Positions 63,993 to 64,000 of a stretch of 64,000 bases of DNA are shown piece after piece; position 1 is the stretch's first letter; each line of letters starts with the position of its first letter. Source of the DNA: the human T2T-CHM13v2.0 reference genome, Homo sapiens; NCBI RefSeq assembly GCF_009914755.1, contig NC_060930.1. One strand, given 5' to 3'. The position numbers were made by a program, and so were the translations under genes. Under the pieces are notes generated by a model. That model was not told the origin of the DNA. It ran no database searches and was given only the letters and a program-made list of their open reading frames with translations.

Positions 63993-64000
63993 AGCCTATG

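Larger units (their letters stand above)
1..64000 (+). repeat. Centromeric alpha-satellite higher-order repeat array (~375 monomers), most likely human chr6 D6Z1
   Basis: ~170-bp periodic motifs (TTCTCAGAAAC, TGTGATGTGTGCATTCAACTCACAGAG, GATAGAGCAGTTTTGAAACAC) and canonical CENP-B boxes. The ORF track recurs at exact 2551/3057/2040-bp offsets. Alpha-satellite identity is certain; the D6Z1 assignment (3057-bp 18-mer, single BamHI) is from recall, about 0.85. Confidence 0.98.

Noticed and set aside
1-64000. CRISPR-like array (a conserved 17-bp motif with intervening sequence)
   Set aside because: The motif is the CENP-B box. The intervening sequences are homologous monomers that themselves repeat, not unique spacers, and no cas genes are present.
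1-64000. L1/Alu insertion or strand inversion
   Set aside because: Unit lengths sum exactly (17x2551 + 6x3057 + 2040 = 63749) with no unexplained sequence, there is no poly(A) tail, and all CENP-B boxes I saw are on the + strand.

Overview
The whole 64 kb window is one uninterrupted, single-orientation array of primate (human-type) centromeric alpha satellite, built from ~170-bp monomers organised as higher-order repeats (HORs). Taking the recurring '...IFRAP' ORF end as a phase marker gives 24 complete units: 17 of 2551 bp (15-mer), 6 of 3057 bp (18-mer) and 1 of 2040 bp (12-mer). Their order is 15,15,15,18,18,15x8,18,15,15,15,18,18,15,12,15,18,15. A 3057-bp 18-mer with one BamHI site per unit best fits the chromosome 6 active array D6Z1 (SF1/SF01 family); this is from recall, not a database search. 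I found no genes, RNA genes, transposon insertions, inversions or CRISPR arrays, and the ORF track is a repeat artefact. I see no evidence of a new gene system. The interesting signal is the array's mutational history: mappable deletion junctions, an old trimer duplication inside the 18-mer, a ~13.5-kb five-HOR super-repeat, a 12-mer that needs a second donor, local tandem duplications and a probable conversion patch. All SNV calls were read by eye and need confirmation by alignment.
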